A stretch of 64,000 bases of DNA from a virus: the IMG/VR virus record IMGVR_UViG_3300030061_003170. One strand, given 5' to 3'. The translations under genes were made by a program, and so were the position numbers. Under the pieces are notes generated by a model. That model searched no databases. It was given only the letters and a program-made list of their open reading frames with translations, and was not told where the DNA came from. The stretch's first letter is position 1. Each line of letters starts with the position of its first letter. This document shows positions 25,444 through 36,800 of this stretch, in pieces.

Positions 25444-28400
25444 TAGTATCCTCCTCCGCCGCTTCTACCGCCACCACTTGATCTTGGTGCTCCAGTGCGT
25501 GGAGAAGTTATCCCTTGAGCGTTTCTAGTATCTCTGGTTGTGCGCCTCTGTCTTCTAGTGGCGGAAGAATCAGTTATCTGGCCTCTGTTTGTAACTCTAG
25601 ATCCAACTCTCTGGTTTGCTATTCGAATAGTTCCGATTGCCTTTGTGGTATCAATATAAGTACCATCTAATCTCTGAGTAACTATGTTTGTGGTAGAATA
25701 TTTTACAACCGGAGATATTACAATAGAAAGATCAGGAATGACTAATGTTGGTGTTTCATTGTACTCAGGCACAGACAAATCCCTGTTTGATACAATAAAT
25801 GTCTGGTTGCGGACCGGAAACATTAAATCAGCCTTTGGTCCAAGATTCATTGGGGCATCCTCATAATATCTCATTCTACATAAAAGAGTCGAGTCATCTG
25901 TCACATCTGATGTCCCTAGCATTTCAAAAATCGGCTGTGTTACGATCTCTACGCCATTTGAATCAGTGGCAAAGCCAGTAATTTTTTCAATCACTTGAAG
26001 AGTTTTGAAAACAATCTCATATGTGTTTAGGGTTATTGTTGAACTCAAAGGATCAATCGGTGACTGTAGGACGTTGTTTTTTACAGCAGCAGATCTTGAA
26101 TTAACCAAAGCCTTCATTTGGGCTGCCATTTTATCTACATCTTCAACAGTAATTCTTTGAGAATTTAACATGTGAGAGATAAGATTATTTGGACTACCAT
26201 AATTGTACGCACTAGATCCCCCTTCCCTTTCATTACTGGCACCAGAATTATTGGAGAATGCGAGATCAATTTGATCCGATGCTTGTTTGGTATTTTGTGT
26301 TCCAGGTGGGGTGTAATTGTCATCAACATTGACAAACTCAGAGTTTTCACCTAAGTAATAAAAACTCTCTATCAGGCTTCTTTGGACCTCTTCCTCATTC
26401 TTACTAGAGGTGTCCAATACTTCAGTCTGTACTGAGGAAACACCAAACTCGTTTAAAAAGTTTTGTTGAAGATTATGGTTGTTTGTAGTTCCAACTTTTG
26501 TGCGATTTGTATGTGTTTGACTGTGAGTAGATCTTATTTTGGATGAGATCTCTTTTGCACCGGCGACAGCAGAATTTACCCTCATGAGATCCACGCTCTG
26601 AATGCTTTTCATTGGGACAGTCTCATCTTTGTATTCTAAAGACAGAGGTGAAAAATAAGATACCTTTGTTGGATCAAGATTGGCCAAGGCAGAGATCATT
26701 TCTGGCGGGAGAGACCTTAGTTCTTCTGCAACAACGTTATTACCTTGGAATTGATTTCTGTAAAAATATCTATCAAGTTCTTCGTTCCCTCTGTCTAAAA
26801 TGTCCTTTGTGGTTAACACGGGTATTCCCTTTGTCGTATACGGTTTTATATAATTGTATGAACGACTATACTTGAAGAAGTTTATATTGTCCTCAAAAGT
26901 TTTCTTAAGGAAAATACGGGCTGGTATAAAACTCTTTTTGGTTGTTTTTGGTGTTTTGTAATTGTATTTGTTTAAAACACCAAAGCGTTCAAACATGAGA
27001 CTACTTAAGTTGTTCAAATCAGTAACAAATTTTTCAGATGTCGTTGGATTATAAGAGGCAACAGAGAAACCTTTAATTTTTTCGTCAATAAGTCTGCTTT
27101 TCTCTGTGTCGTCGAAATCTTTAAAATACTGAAGGGTGTTGTAGTAGGTCTCTATAATACCGGTAACATCGGCAGGAACAGTGACTCCATCTCTTAACTT
27201 TCTCATCTCATAATCGTAAGAATTTTCTCTGGTTAAGGTGTAGTGAATCTCCTTCATGCTACTCAAAGAGGAGCGAAGTTGTAAAATTATGTTATCGATG
27301 TATTCTTGTGATTTATCTTTAATTGTTAATTCGACTGAGTATTTAAAATTACCCTTATTTTTTCTTGTTTTAGAGTCATCGGTAAACTCAAATGCTCTAA
27401 TGTTTCTATTGGTAAACAAATGCCTTTCCTTCAATAGTTCCTGGGACCTTAGAGAATAAGGTGCCAAGTCTATAGAGGCGGCAATTATGTCACTTTTTTT
27501 TGTATTGATTGTGCTTTTCTGGAAGGTTCCCATCTTGCCCTTGACTAATCTAATGTTGGAGTTAAATCTCTTAACAATTAATTGTGAGATTTGAATCTGC
27601 ATCAGAAAGTCGTTGAACATTCTCGCACTCAAATTTGCTATTTTTTTACCTAGTTTTGTTCTCGTAAGCAATAACTGTTTCATATTGACAAAGAACAATC
27701 CATTTAAATCATCATTGTTATTAACAGACAAATGAAGATTGCTGATTACTGGGTTGTTTTTGATTGAGTCTTGCTGTCTATCAGAAAAATTCTTTCCTCT
27801 TCGATCTATTAGTTTTAGGTTTTGAACGGTTCCAACTCGGAGCACGTTATGGGGTTCTGTTGTATGCTTAGAGCCTTCCATATACATTCCGTCATGTTGA
27901 TGAACGGGACCTGTCCAGACCGCATCATCAGGCTTATAGAAGACCGTAGAGGACTTGATAGTATCTCCATCAACAAGAACTTTCTCGGATGCTACTGCTC
28001 CGTGGTAATGAGATAACTCACCAGTCATATCAAGTTGTAAAAAATTACTAAGTCCTTTTGTGTCAATATAACAAACAGCAAAAACAGATAAATTCTCTGA
28101 ATTGATTGGTACTTGAAACTTAATTTTTTTTACATAAGCACCATTTAGTTTGGTAAACTCCTTAATTGATGCGATATGGATCTTTGAGGTTTCATCAAAG
28201 AATGGGCTTTGTTTTATTTTTGACGGCAGTGGTGAAGTACTTCCATTAGTTAAACGCTGAGCCAGAGGTGTTCTTCTTGTCTCAATTAAGGCAACTTTAA
28301 GAAAGTCTGAAAATAAAGAATTGTATCCCCAAATAGTTCTGTCGCCTTCATTGACATCGAATACTTCCAAGTTAACCGAGCATGTAAAAGACTTGGTTGT

Positions 28401-28481
28401 ATTGTCATCCAAAACTATTCTGGAAATATAACAGTTTGGTACATTTTCTAATCCCACTAATTCATTTGACATCAGTCGCAA
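25443..28481 (-). CDS. Hypothetical protein (tail/baseplate block)
   Basis: 1012 aa; WTGPVHQH...GSKH motif; R/G-rich C-terminal tail. Confidence 0.7.
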   Translation of the reverse strand: MRLMSNELVGLENVPNCYISRIVLDDNTTKSFTCSVNLEVFDVNEGDRTIWGYNSLFSDFLKVALIETRRTPLAQRLTNGSTSPLPSKIKQSPFFDETSKIHIASIKEFTKLNGAYVKKIKFQVPINSENLSVFAVCYIDTKGLSNFLQLDMTGELSHYHGAVASEKVLVDGDTIKSSTVFYKPDDAVWTGPVHQHDGMYMEGSKHTTEPHNVLRVGTVQNLKLIDRRGKNFSDRQQDSIKNNPVISNLHLSVNNNDDLNGLFFVNMKQLLLTRTKLGKKIANLSARMFNDFLMQIQISQLIVKRFNSNIRLVKGKMGTFQKSTINTKKSDIIAASIDLAPYSLRSQELLKERHLFTNRNIRAFEFTDDSKTRKNKGNFKYSVELTIKDKSQEYIDNIILQLRSSLSSMKEIHYTLTRENSYDYEMRKLRDGVTVPADVTGIIETYYNTLQYFKDFDDTEKSRLIDEKIKGFSVASYNPTTSEKFVTDLNNLSSLMFERFGVLNKYNYKTPKTTKKSFIPARIFLKKTFEDNINFFKYSRSYNYIKPYTTKGIPVLTTKDILDRGNEELDRYFYRNQFQGNNVVAEELRSLPPEMISALANLDPTKVSYFSPLSLEYKDETVPMKSIQSVDLMRVNSAVAGAKEISSKIRSTHSQTHTNRTKVGTTNNHNLQQNFLNEFGVSSVQTEVLDTSSKNEEEVQRSLIESFYYLGENSEFVNVDDNYTPPGTQNTKQASDQIDLAFSNNSGASNEREGGSSAYNYGSPNNLISHMLNSQRITVEDVDKMAAQMKALVNSRSAAVKNNVLQSPIDPLSSTITLNTYEIVFKTLQVIEKITGFATDSNGVEIVTQPIFEMLGTSDVTDDSTLLCRMRYYEDAPMNLGPKADLMFPVRNQTFIVSNRDLSVPEYNETPTLVIPDLSIVISPVVKYSTTNIVTQRLDGTYIDTTKAIGTIRIANQRVGSRVTNRGQITDSSATRRQRRTTRDTRNAQGITSPRTGAPRSSGGGRSGGGGY

Positions 28482-29437
28482 ACCTCCACATCAGTAACTC
28501 TTGTTCCATAAATGTCAAAATCAATGGCCTCTCTATCTGGACAGTCAAGTTCCGTGTCAATAAATATGTCTTTTGACTTTAAGTTCTCAAGTCCGTCGCA
28601 GATGTCTCTTTCGGGTATCTGATTATCTGTCAAGAAATTAAAATAGTGCTCAACATAATCAGGGGAAGGATCAACTAAAGTTGGTACTGGGTCTATCATT
28701 AGGTCATTAACAATGCTTTTTTGTTCTGGTAAGAACTTAAGTGGCCTAAGAGTCTCATTACCAGAAACATCGTCATACAAAAAAACTTCTACCTCAAGGC
28801 CATCTTTAAATCTAAACCCATTTAGTTCAAGTAATTCAACAAGTATTTGTTCGTCGTCAATTTTTATATATGTATTGTCAGGCTTAATATCGCTAACCGA
28901 TTTATTCAGGCTTGACAAACGACCTCTTACTTTTGGATCATTTGCTGTGTTGCCAAGGCTCATCGTGTACTCTAAGTCACAATTAATTTGCGTAATGTGC
29001 TTTTCGTAGTATGACCCAGTTAATGTAGTGTGTACGCTGCCTGTTATTTTTCCTTGAATAAAAGATGTTTTAAACCTTGGAGGCTCATCTTTTGCCGCAT
29101 CGGAAGTCCCCAAAGGTTCAGTTAAAAAATGGACCCTCTGTTGCGTACTAGGTCTTCTAATTTTTTTAACTGATAAATAGTTTTCTGACTGTGTTATAGT
29201 TCCAGCAGGTGAATCAATGTCTCTTTGTGGTCTTAAGCGCGGTGTTTCTTCGATAATTCTTTTTCTGATGGCAGTATTGTCCTCGGTAAATCCACCAGCG
29301 GCAGCATCATAAAGAATATCATCATCAAAGAATGCATAGTAAGCAGGCTTCAGTCTCCCAAGAGAAAGAAGGTGGCGACCGTATGGAGTTAGTTCAATCG
29401 AAATAACATCTTGCTTTTTGTCAAAAAATGTTGTCAA
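28472..29437 (-). CDS. Virion structural protein
   Basis: 321 aa; N-terminus FFDKKQDVISIELTPYGRHLLSLG...FFDDDILYD resembles that of 22558..23508. Confidence 0.7.
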   Translation of the reverse strand: MTTFFDKKQDVISIELTPYGRHLLSLGRLKPAYYAFFDDDILYDAAAGGFTEDNTAIRKRIIEETPRLRPQRDIDSPAGTITQSENYLSVKKIRRPSTQQRVHFLTEPLGTSDAAKDEPPRFKTSFIQGKITGSVHTTLTGSYYEKHITQINCDLEYTMSLGNTANDPKVRGRLSSLNKSVSDIKPDNTYIKIDDEQILVELLELNGFRFKDGLEVEVFLYDDVSGNETLRPLKFLPEQKSIVNDLMIDPVPTLVDPSPDYVEHYFNFLTDNQIPERDICDGLENLKSKDIFIDTELDCPDREAIDFDIYGTRVTDVEVCD

Positions 29438-32400
29438 AATCCAAATCCTCCGCCGCCGCTGTTAAATCCAGGACCAGAGCCACCACCAGGTCCTGAAATA
29501 TCAGATGGGTCAATCTCTCCAGATGAGCCAGCCTCAGAAAACCCAGGTGTGCTCGCATTTTGCTCCGCAATATTTGTCGCAAGAGACCCAGGGTTGTCTG
29601 CGCTCATCAGCCCGGTAGGATTGGTAATTGCTTTTTGCTTTACGCTGTTTGGAACTTCGGCTGCTATTTCTTGCATTATATTATTATCCACCGGTGGAGG
29701 GAGGTTTCCGAGATTGACTTCCGCATCTATTTTAACTAGTTCTACTAGCGAAAAGAAATCGTAAGGCCAATTGTACGTGACACCCATATCATCACCAAGT
29801 TCACTTGTGCTTGAGTTTTCAACAGAAACAACAGAACTATCCATGGTACCACCTTTCTTGGCAACAACTTTGTCAAAATAATTTGTCCTTGCTCTTTTCT
29901 TTGCCTTGAAAATCATCCACTGAATTTTGCTATCAAGATTTGTTTGTATATTTTTTCTGATTTTGTCGGCTTGGATTACAGCACCACCGCCAAGAAGTTC
30001 TTCAGCAACAAGAGGGTGTCCAATGGTCGCCTCTGCCTCTTCAAAAGACCGTCCAATTTTTGGAGGCAAGTTCTGCCACATGTCAGCAAGATCTTGTTTG
30101 TCAAGAACGTGCTTAAATTCGAAAATGTACATTGCAAATGGATCGATTTCTTCATTTTTTACAAAGTCCATGGACGGTGGGAAAACATACTTTTGCATAT
30201 TGCGCACCATCTCCAAAACAGTGTCCCCAACATTTGGAGGCTCTACAAATGACATTCTTTTTTCGTTTCTTATACGATCAAGTGCTGTTGTGATGTCAAT
30301 CCTAGGGAGACTGAAGAACTTACGAGTTCCATCTTGTTCAATAAAAGGCACTGCCACAACGGCCTCTGATATTTCTTTTGCTTGACCAACTTCTCCTAAT
30401 CGAACTGGTTCCTTTGAAAAACCGCAAAGGTCAGCGAGAGACTTAATATATTTATTTTGAATACCCTGATTAACACCGAGGGCGCCTTTCCACCATGTTG
30501 GTGGGATATCAGAGATTTCTAAGAAAACTCCTCTTGAGGGATCTTCTTCAATTTGACCATATTGATGCCACATTCCTCGAGGTACCGATTCTGAAGCAAA
30601 GGTTGGGCAAGTAAGATTTGGATCTGCTGTAAGATCTGTGTAGGAGTTAAAATTTAGCATTGGAGTTTCAAATTTTGGTTGAATAATCCAACGTGTTTTT
30701 CTTCCGCTTGTGGCTTCGGTGTTAATATCAATAATTTGCTCATCACCTTCTTCTGATGTTATAACACGAGCGGTTCCTTTACCAAACAAATTTACACTTG
30801 AATTCATTTGCATTGCATTATAATTTATATAATATGGATGTTGTATTGCATATTGACTTGGGTAATTCGCATACGCAACCCTTGTTGGGTAATTTGAGGC
30901 AAATGGTAGACCATCACCCCAATTGAAACTGGCTGCGTAATTCTGTGTATCTGCCATTTGCTCACCCTGTATAATATTAGCAGAGGATGAGATTAAAGTG
31001 AACCACGGAGATTTATCATATTGAGTATATGCCCCAGCAGCAATATCCAGGGGTTGTGACCATGGCAATGCTGTTCCTTCAGATCCACTATATCCAGACA
31101 GGTCACGTAATGCATCTTGTGTTCCGTTCCACCAAAACCTTGTATAGTAAGGGTAGAGAGAAGCCGATGCAATTATTTCATCAACAGTATATTTTTTAGT
31201 TTCAGAAGGTCTAAAAATCAGGTCTGCCCAACCCTCCCCGTGATAATATGGTGCAGTATAAGGGAAATTATATCCCCACATAGAATCCGACCCATTAATG
31301 GTAAACTGATTGGTGGTTCCATAACTACCAGTTCCATCACCGCCCCAAGTTGGAGGACTAAAAGCAGATGGTCGAGAATACATTGTAAAGTTCTCTCTAA
31401 CATCAAATCTTGGATAGAGATCCTGGGGCGGAATAACTTTATCTGCTCCAAAACCAGGAAGAAAATCATTTGGTTTGTTTCTTGTCCTTCTCATTTTGAC
31501 TCTCATGGCATAGAAAGAGCCAGACTCTGCGTTTCCAAACGCTGGGTTTTCTGATGGCAAGGATGTGATTGTTGTCATATTCCCATTTTTTAGAAAAAAT
31601 TCTGTAGATTCTGCTAAAAAGTTATTTGCCATTTTTTTGTATAAAAGGTCGCCGTCGCCTGACCATTGGGCAGAAATGTCAGATGCTGCAAGTTCAAATG
31701 GATGAGGACCCATTGTTCTTAAATCACGACCGGCAAGGAATCTTTCTGGTTCTACTATTGCTTCAAAAGGCACTCTAATAAACGCCGAATACAACTGATC
31801 GTGATCAAGAGCATAATCAGAACCAGTGATTAAATAATTGATCCTTTTGTTTGATTCTTTACCTAAATAACTGACCTTTCCTGTATGGATATCATCAGAA
31901 AGAATAATCGGATAATCACAAGCGACTCCTGACTTAATTGTATTAAAAAGTATCCCTGGTGCAAAAAGTGGCTCAATTATTGATTGAACAGCAAAATTAT
32001 CACTAGAATCTTGTTGAGCACCGTTGATATACGTAAGGATCTTATCGCCATAAGAATCATAGAATTGCTGTGACAAATTAACACATCTTTGTGCTGGGTA
32101 GAAACCTTCATACGGAAGAAACTTCTTAACTGCTTTACACCTTAATGCAATTGATATTGGATTAGCAAAATCCTCATGGTCTTTCTTGATCAAATCAAAG
32201 TGTTTTAAGAATTCACTGTTCGACAAGACTTTATAGAAAGTTGAAGAACCACTAGTGGTTGTATTCTGTCCTAAAGCACCGGACAGTTCAAAAATCTCTT
32301 TTAATTCTTCAGTAACACCTTTGGATTGATAAGTTTTAACGTGAGAACTAATCCTAAATTCAGGAACAATTGAGTACCCTTGTCCTTTCAGGCGTATATT

Positions 32401-33858
32401 TTGATTGTAATCCTCATAAGAATCGTAGAAAGGATTCTTCCCTGCCTGCTTACCAGCATCCCAAGCAGCAATCCCTTCAAACAAAGAGCCAGTGCTAATT
32501 GAGGCTTGACTTCCGGTTTCTACGATTTGCATACCAGAGGGGCCAACAACAGAAGTGATTGAGTTAAGAGTGTGTCGTCTAGCGTAATAACAAGAGGAAG
32601 AAAGCGCTTGACCTGGGTCTGTAATGCCGTTGAGAGTGCTGACACTGCCCGGTGAACTTCCAGCGATGTAATTTCCTCTCATAACTTGAGAGTATGAATT
32701 GCAAAGAACACCACTGCCCCCCAAAGAGGCGTTTGGGGTACCTGCCGTTCCTGATTCTGTATCTTGGCCTGTATTGAAGCCACCGAGGGTCTTACCAGAA
32801 CTCCCCCCATCACCGGAACCGGATACACCACCAACATAATAATAAAATGCATGATTGTTACCAGCAGCATAAACGTTATCTTGTAAATTTGGCTCACTTC
32901 TTGTTTCAAAATCAGCGGCGGCATCCAGTGGCCACATTGATTGAAACGGAACCGTAACTCCTTGACCGTTTGAAACATTTGTCTCTGTTCTAGATGTTCT
33001 TACGTCTCTCCAGAAGGTATTAACAAAAAACGTTCGAGACCTTGTCTTGTCTAGAAAAGCATACTCTTGCTTTGGCCATATTTGTTGTTTGTATGACAAA
33101 AATGTAAATCTATCCATTGGTGATGAGTCACTTCCAAGAGCATCTTTAAGATATAATTTTTTAAGATTCTCGTAGTTCTCATCAGTCTCAAAAACCAAAT
33201 CATAGTAACGATTCGGCTCATCATTTGCAAAGAACACCATCTGACTACCGAAAGATGTCTTTAAGCGAACGCTATGCTTGATTTCCTTGTCTTTAGAGGC
33301 ATCATAGACACTTACCCCTCCATACAACTCAAGCGGCTTGTGAGAGGCGTTTACGACCGGTTCTGTGAATACATTAATTGCACCATAACGGTCGGTGATT
33401 TGATTTGTTCTTCCTCCGATGGTTACATCGCGAGAAGTTCCCGGTTCGGTGACGTAGGTGAAAACATTCTCTCTTCTTTGTTTTCTGGAGAGTGGGTTTT
33501 GTCCTGTCCTGATTTGTTTCCACATTGGGTAGCCGTATGGTCCATTTCTTTTAGACATCAAGGCATTGAAAAAAGATGCTGTGTTTGATAGTTCATGAGA
33601 GAAATGATAGTTCTTATAGGCGGCTAGATCGGTCGTTCTAAAACCAGTTGGAGTAATTGATAGATCGGCACCAATAAAATTTTGATTAAAATAAATATAG
33701 TTTTCAGCAGTCTCGCCAAAAAAATCAATGTGAGAAACAGCCTCTCTTCCAAAACTATAAACACTTGGTGAGAATTGTTGAGATGCGCTAACATTGTAAC
33801 CATTGGGTTCATATATGAATGTATTCAGTCCAACAAAGTCTTGATAATACTTAGCCAT
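29434..33858 (-). CDS. Large virion structural protein
   Basis: 1474 aa, G/S/T-rich, in the baseplate block. Confidence 0.7.
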   Translation of the reverse strand: MAKYYQDFVGLNTFIYEPNGYNVSASQQFSPSVYSFGREAVSHIDFFGETAENYIYFNQNFIGADLSITPTGFRTTDLAAYKNYHFSHELSNTASFFNALMSKRNGPYGYPMWKQIRTGQNPLSRKQRRENVFTYVTEPGTSRDVTIGGRTNQITDRYGAINVFTEPVVNASHKPLELYGGVSVYDASKDKEIKHSVRLKTSFGSQMVFFANDEPNRYYDLVFETDENYENLKKLYLKDALGSDSSPMDRFTFLSYKQQIWPKQEYAFLDKTRSRTFFVNTFWRDVRTSRTETNVSNGQGVTVPFQSMWPLDAAADFETRSEPNLQDNVYAAGNNHAFYYYVGGVSGSGDGGSSGKTLGGFNTGQDTESGTAGTPNASLGGSGVLCNSYSQVMRGNYIAGSSPGSVSTLNGITDPGQALSSSCYYARRHTLNSITSVVGPSGMQIVETGSQASISTGSLFEGIAAWDAGKQAGKNPFYDSYEDYNQNIRLKGQGYSIVPEFRISSHVKTYQSKGVTEELKEIFELSGALGQNTTTSGSSTFYKVLSNSEFLKHFDLIKKDHEDFANPISIALRCKAVKKFLPYEGFYPAQRCVNLSQQFYDSYGDKILTYINGAQQDSSDNFAVQSIIEPLFAPGILFNTIKSGVACDYPIILSDDIHTGKVSYLGKESNKRINYLITGSDYALDHDQLYSAFIRVPFEAIVEPERFLAGRDLRTMGPHPFELAASDISAQWSGDGDLLYKKMANNFLAESTEFFLKNGNMTTITSLPSENPAFGNAESGSFYAMRVKMRRTRNKPNDFLPGFGADKVIPPQDLYPRFDVRENFTMYSRPSAFSPPTWGGDGTGSYGTTNQFTINGSDSMWGYNFPYTAPYYHGEGWADLIFRPSETKKYTVDEIIASASLYPYYTRFWWNGTQDALRDLSGYSGSEGTALPWSQPLDIAAGAYTQYDKSPWFTLISSSANIIQGEQMADTQNYAASFNWGDGLPFASNYPTRVAYANYPSQYAIQHPYYINYNAMQMNSSVNLFGKGTARVITSEEGDEQIIDINTEATSGRKTRWIIQPKFETPMLNFNSYTDLTADPNLTCPTFASESVPRGMWHQYGQIEEDPSRGVFLEISDIPPTWWKGALGVNQGIQNKYIKSLADLCGFSKEPVRLGEVGQAKEISEAVVAVPFIEQDGTRKFFSLPRIDITTALDRIRNEKRMSFVEPPNVGDTVLEMVRNMQKYVFPPSMDFVKNEEIDPFAMYIFEFKHVLDKQDLADMWQNLPPKIGRSFEEAEATIGHPLVAEELLGGGAVIQADKIRKNIQTNLDSKIQWMIFKAKKRARTNYFDKVVAKKGGTMDSSVVSVENSSTSELGDDMGVTYNWPYDFFSLVELVKIDAEVNLGNLPPPVDNNIMQEIAAEVPNSVKQKAITNPTGLMSADNPGSLATNIAEQNASTPGFSEAGSSGEIDPSDISGPGGGSGPGFNSGGGGFGF

Positions 33859-36800
33859 TTAATCCTCTCCAAATAATGCTGATGATGATGGGAACACGAT
33901 TGCCTCTGTGAATCCTGCTGATGAACTTAAAATACCATTTCTAGGTGCGTATCCGTGAACCTTTTGACCGTTTCGCCAATTGGATCCGCTAATCGCATTC
34001 ATGACCCAACTATATTGAAAATCAGAAGCAGGAAGTAGTGAAGTAATTAGGGCTGTGTTATGAAACCCTTCTTCAATATCGATATATTTTCCTGGAAAAT
34101 AACCTTGAACTATAACCAAGTTGCTTCCAGCAGTAACTGTTGTCACCCCAGGATTTGTTCCAAACGCTGGTGGAATTGAGGTTACCGTGCCCAAGTTATT
34201 TCCAACCACTAATGGCTCCAAGTCTTCTCCAAGTTGAAAGAATTGAATTAAGTTGTTTGTATAAGTAGTGTTGACATAAGTGCCATCAACATCTAACGAA
34301 TAAATATCATTGAAGTTACCTGCCGTCGATGGACCATTGTGACTGTACAATGCAAGGTTTTGCAAGGTGCCTTTTAGTGAATTTGAATTGCTGCTATCCT
34401 CGCCAATAGTGATGGTGCCCAAGCCAGTGGATGGGCTGGATGGGGACCCTCCTACATTAGAATCTGTCGTTGTGGCCGCTGCTCCATTAATAGTAAGAAC
34501 GTTGGTTGTGTTGTTTCTAAAATAAAACCCAATGAAATACCAAACATTATCAACCAAAGAATCACTTGACGTATGCCTTCTTTTTATCGAACCATTTCCT
34601 TGCTCGCATATGTCAATAACTAATTTTTGACTTGCGTTTCTCAAGATAGTAATTGTTGTCTGGCCGTCTCTGTTACCATCAAGTATCGTTCTTGAGACAG
34701 CAGAACCGGCGACAACGTCAAACCTAACCCAAAAATGAACCGATACAGTGTCGGCAGCAGAAATAACAGTGGGAAATGCGGCAGTGGCAGTTGTGCTGCT
34801 AAAATTTATTGCACGATTCAATCTATAAACGTTTTCTCTCCTAAACAACGTATTTCTATGCTGCTTATGAAAAGATGGTTGCGTAACATATGTTGTACTT
34901 ACAACAGAACCATGTGTGGGGTCAACGCCAAATCTTCCCGAATGCAAGTTCAATAAAGATCTAAGCCCTCTTCTTTTGTTCAATTGATCATTAACTCTAA
35001 TTGAGGGACCAGTAACCATGGTTGCCCTGTCAGTAGGTCTACGCGGGGCAATATCAGCGGATATCTCGCCAGAGCCAGAACCTACAACGCTCAAATTCCG
35101 GAAGTTAATTGAATTATAGACAGACATCTCACCAGTTGCAATGTCAAGATACCCGCGAGTATTAACTTCTGGGCCACCTGGTGCAGAGAATCTGGTCGTG
35201 ATCATGTTCTTGGAACTGTTAATAGTCTCTTCTGGTACCTGAAAGTTTGTAGAAGCGCTAATATATGAGAGCGCCTGTGTTGTCTCTGGGAACACTGATA
35301 TGTGTGTTGGTAATGCGAAACCAGATGACTTAACAAAGTGTCTTTTGTTCTTGCCAAACGAATTAAGAAACTCATAAGAATGAAAATAGTTTCCAACATT
35401 TGCGGAAGCAGTTGTGCTTTGAATGTTTTTAACGTTAACTGGTCTCTTTGCCTTTTCTTCTCGGAAATAGATTGCCCATTTTCTTGTAATGTTTGGATAA
35501 GGCCCTCCATAATCTGGACCAGCAAAACCAACAGCACCATCACGACTAGTAACAGTTTGGTGCTCTCCGATTAGTAATCGCCATGCTTCTGGTCTTGTGT
35601 ACTGATCCTGTAGATTATTGAGTGTTGCTGCGCCACCTTCGGTTTTAAGAGTTGTATCATGTCTGTTAATATCAACATGTCGTGCCTGATTTCCTCCAAC
35701 CCACTGATTTGTGAAAGGGCCTTGCATTGGCACTTCATTTGTTATATCAATGGTATCGGCATGTATGTTTGCAAAAATTGCATCTTTTTTAAATTCTGCG
35801 TGGACTCTCCTGTTGTATCCCGTCTTCATGCTTCCGGATATAATGTTAAAAGGCCAGTAGTGTTCTGTTTTAAGTTTCTGTTCTGGTTCCGCTAAAGGAG
35901 AAAGGGGTGACCCACCTTGAGAATCAGATGACTTACCAACAACGGCATCAGCATTAAACTTGTATAATTGATTAGGATCTAAAACGTCATCACATTTTTG
36001 CCTTTCACGAATACCCTGGCCGCCGCCTAAACCAATGCCAAATACTCTTTTAGGGGCACCAGATGAAAAGGTGCCACCATGAGGACTTGTAACTTCACGA
36101 ACGAAATTACGATTCTTCTGAGGGGAGTAGTTTGTACCTCCATGAATAGAGTTATTGAACCCTATAGAAACAGCATATGGACGTGATAACTTTCTCCTTG
36201 CATAAGTTGAGCCTTGGTAGATTGTCTTATCAGTCTGTGCTAGATTAGAACTAGTTTGATTAGTTTGATTAACCAAAACTTGTCTAATAATCTCTCTGTC
36301 TGGAAGATCTGATCTTTCCTCTCGCTCTTTTTGCCATAAACAATTAACATTGTCTCTGTTTTGGACAAACTGCCCTTGGTTAAACACGTCGCTGGTCAGG
36401 GAAACACTACTATTTGGATTAATAACAAAGTTGTGATTTGACACTACATCTTGAACAAGTGCCGCTGTGTCACCGGGAGTGTCTCCCATTCTCCAATGAG
36501 CAACGACAGAATTATTGTCAGAAAATGCATCAGAAGTTGGATCAAAATAATTTCCGGCATTGTAAAGTTCATTAATTTGACTGGTGGTTAAAGTTCCAGT
36601 AAGGAACGTCATTTCATCAAATTCCATATCAAAATTGGTATTACTATTCAGCAACATTCTATTGACATCACCGATTTGAAACGCTGTTGTGACCGTATTA
36701 GAGGAAACTGTTGCTTCAGCGCCATTGACAAACAATTTAATACTAGAGTTTGGATCAGAAGTAGAGGCGGTATGTGGAATATTACCCGTACCACTAACTT

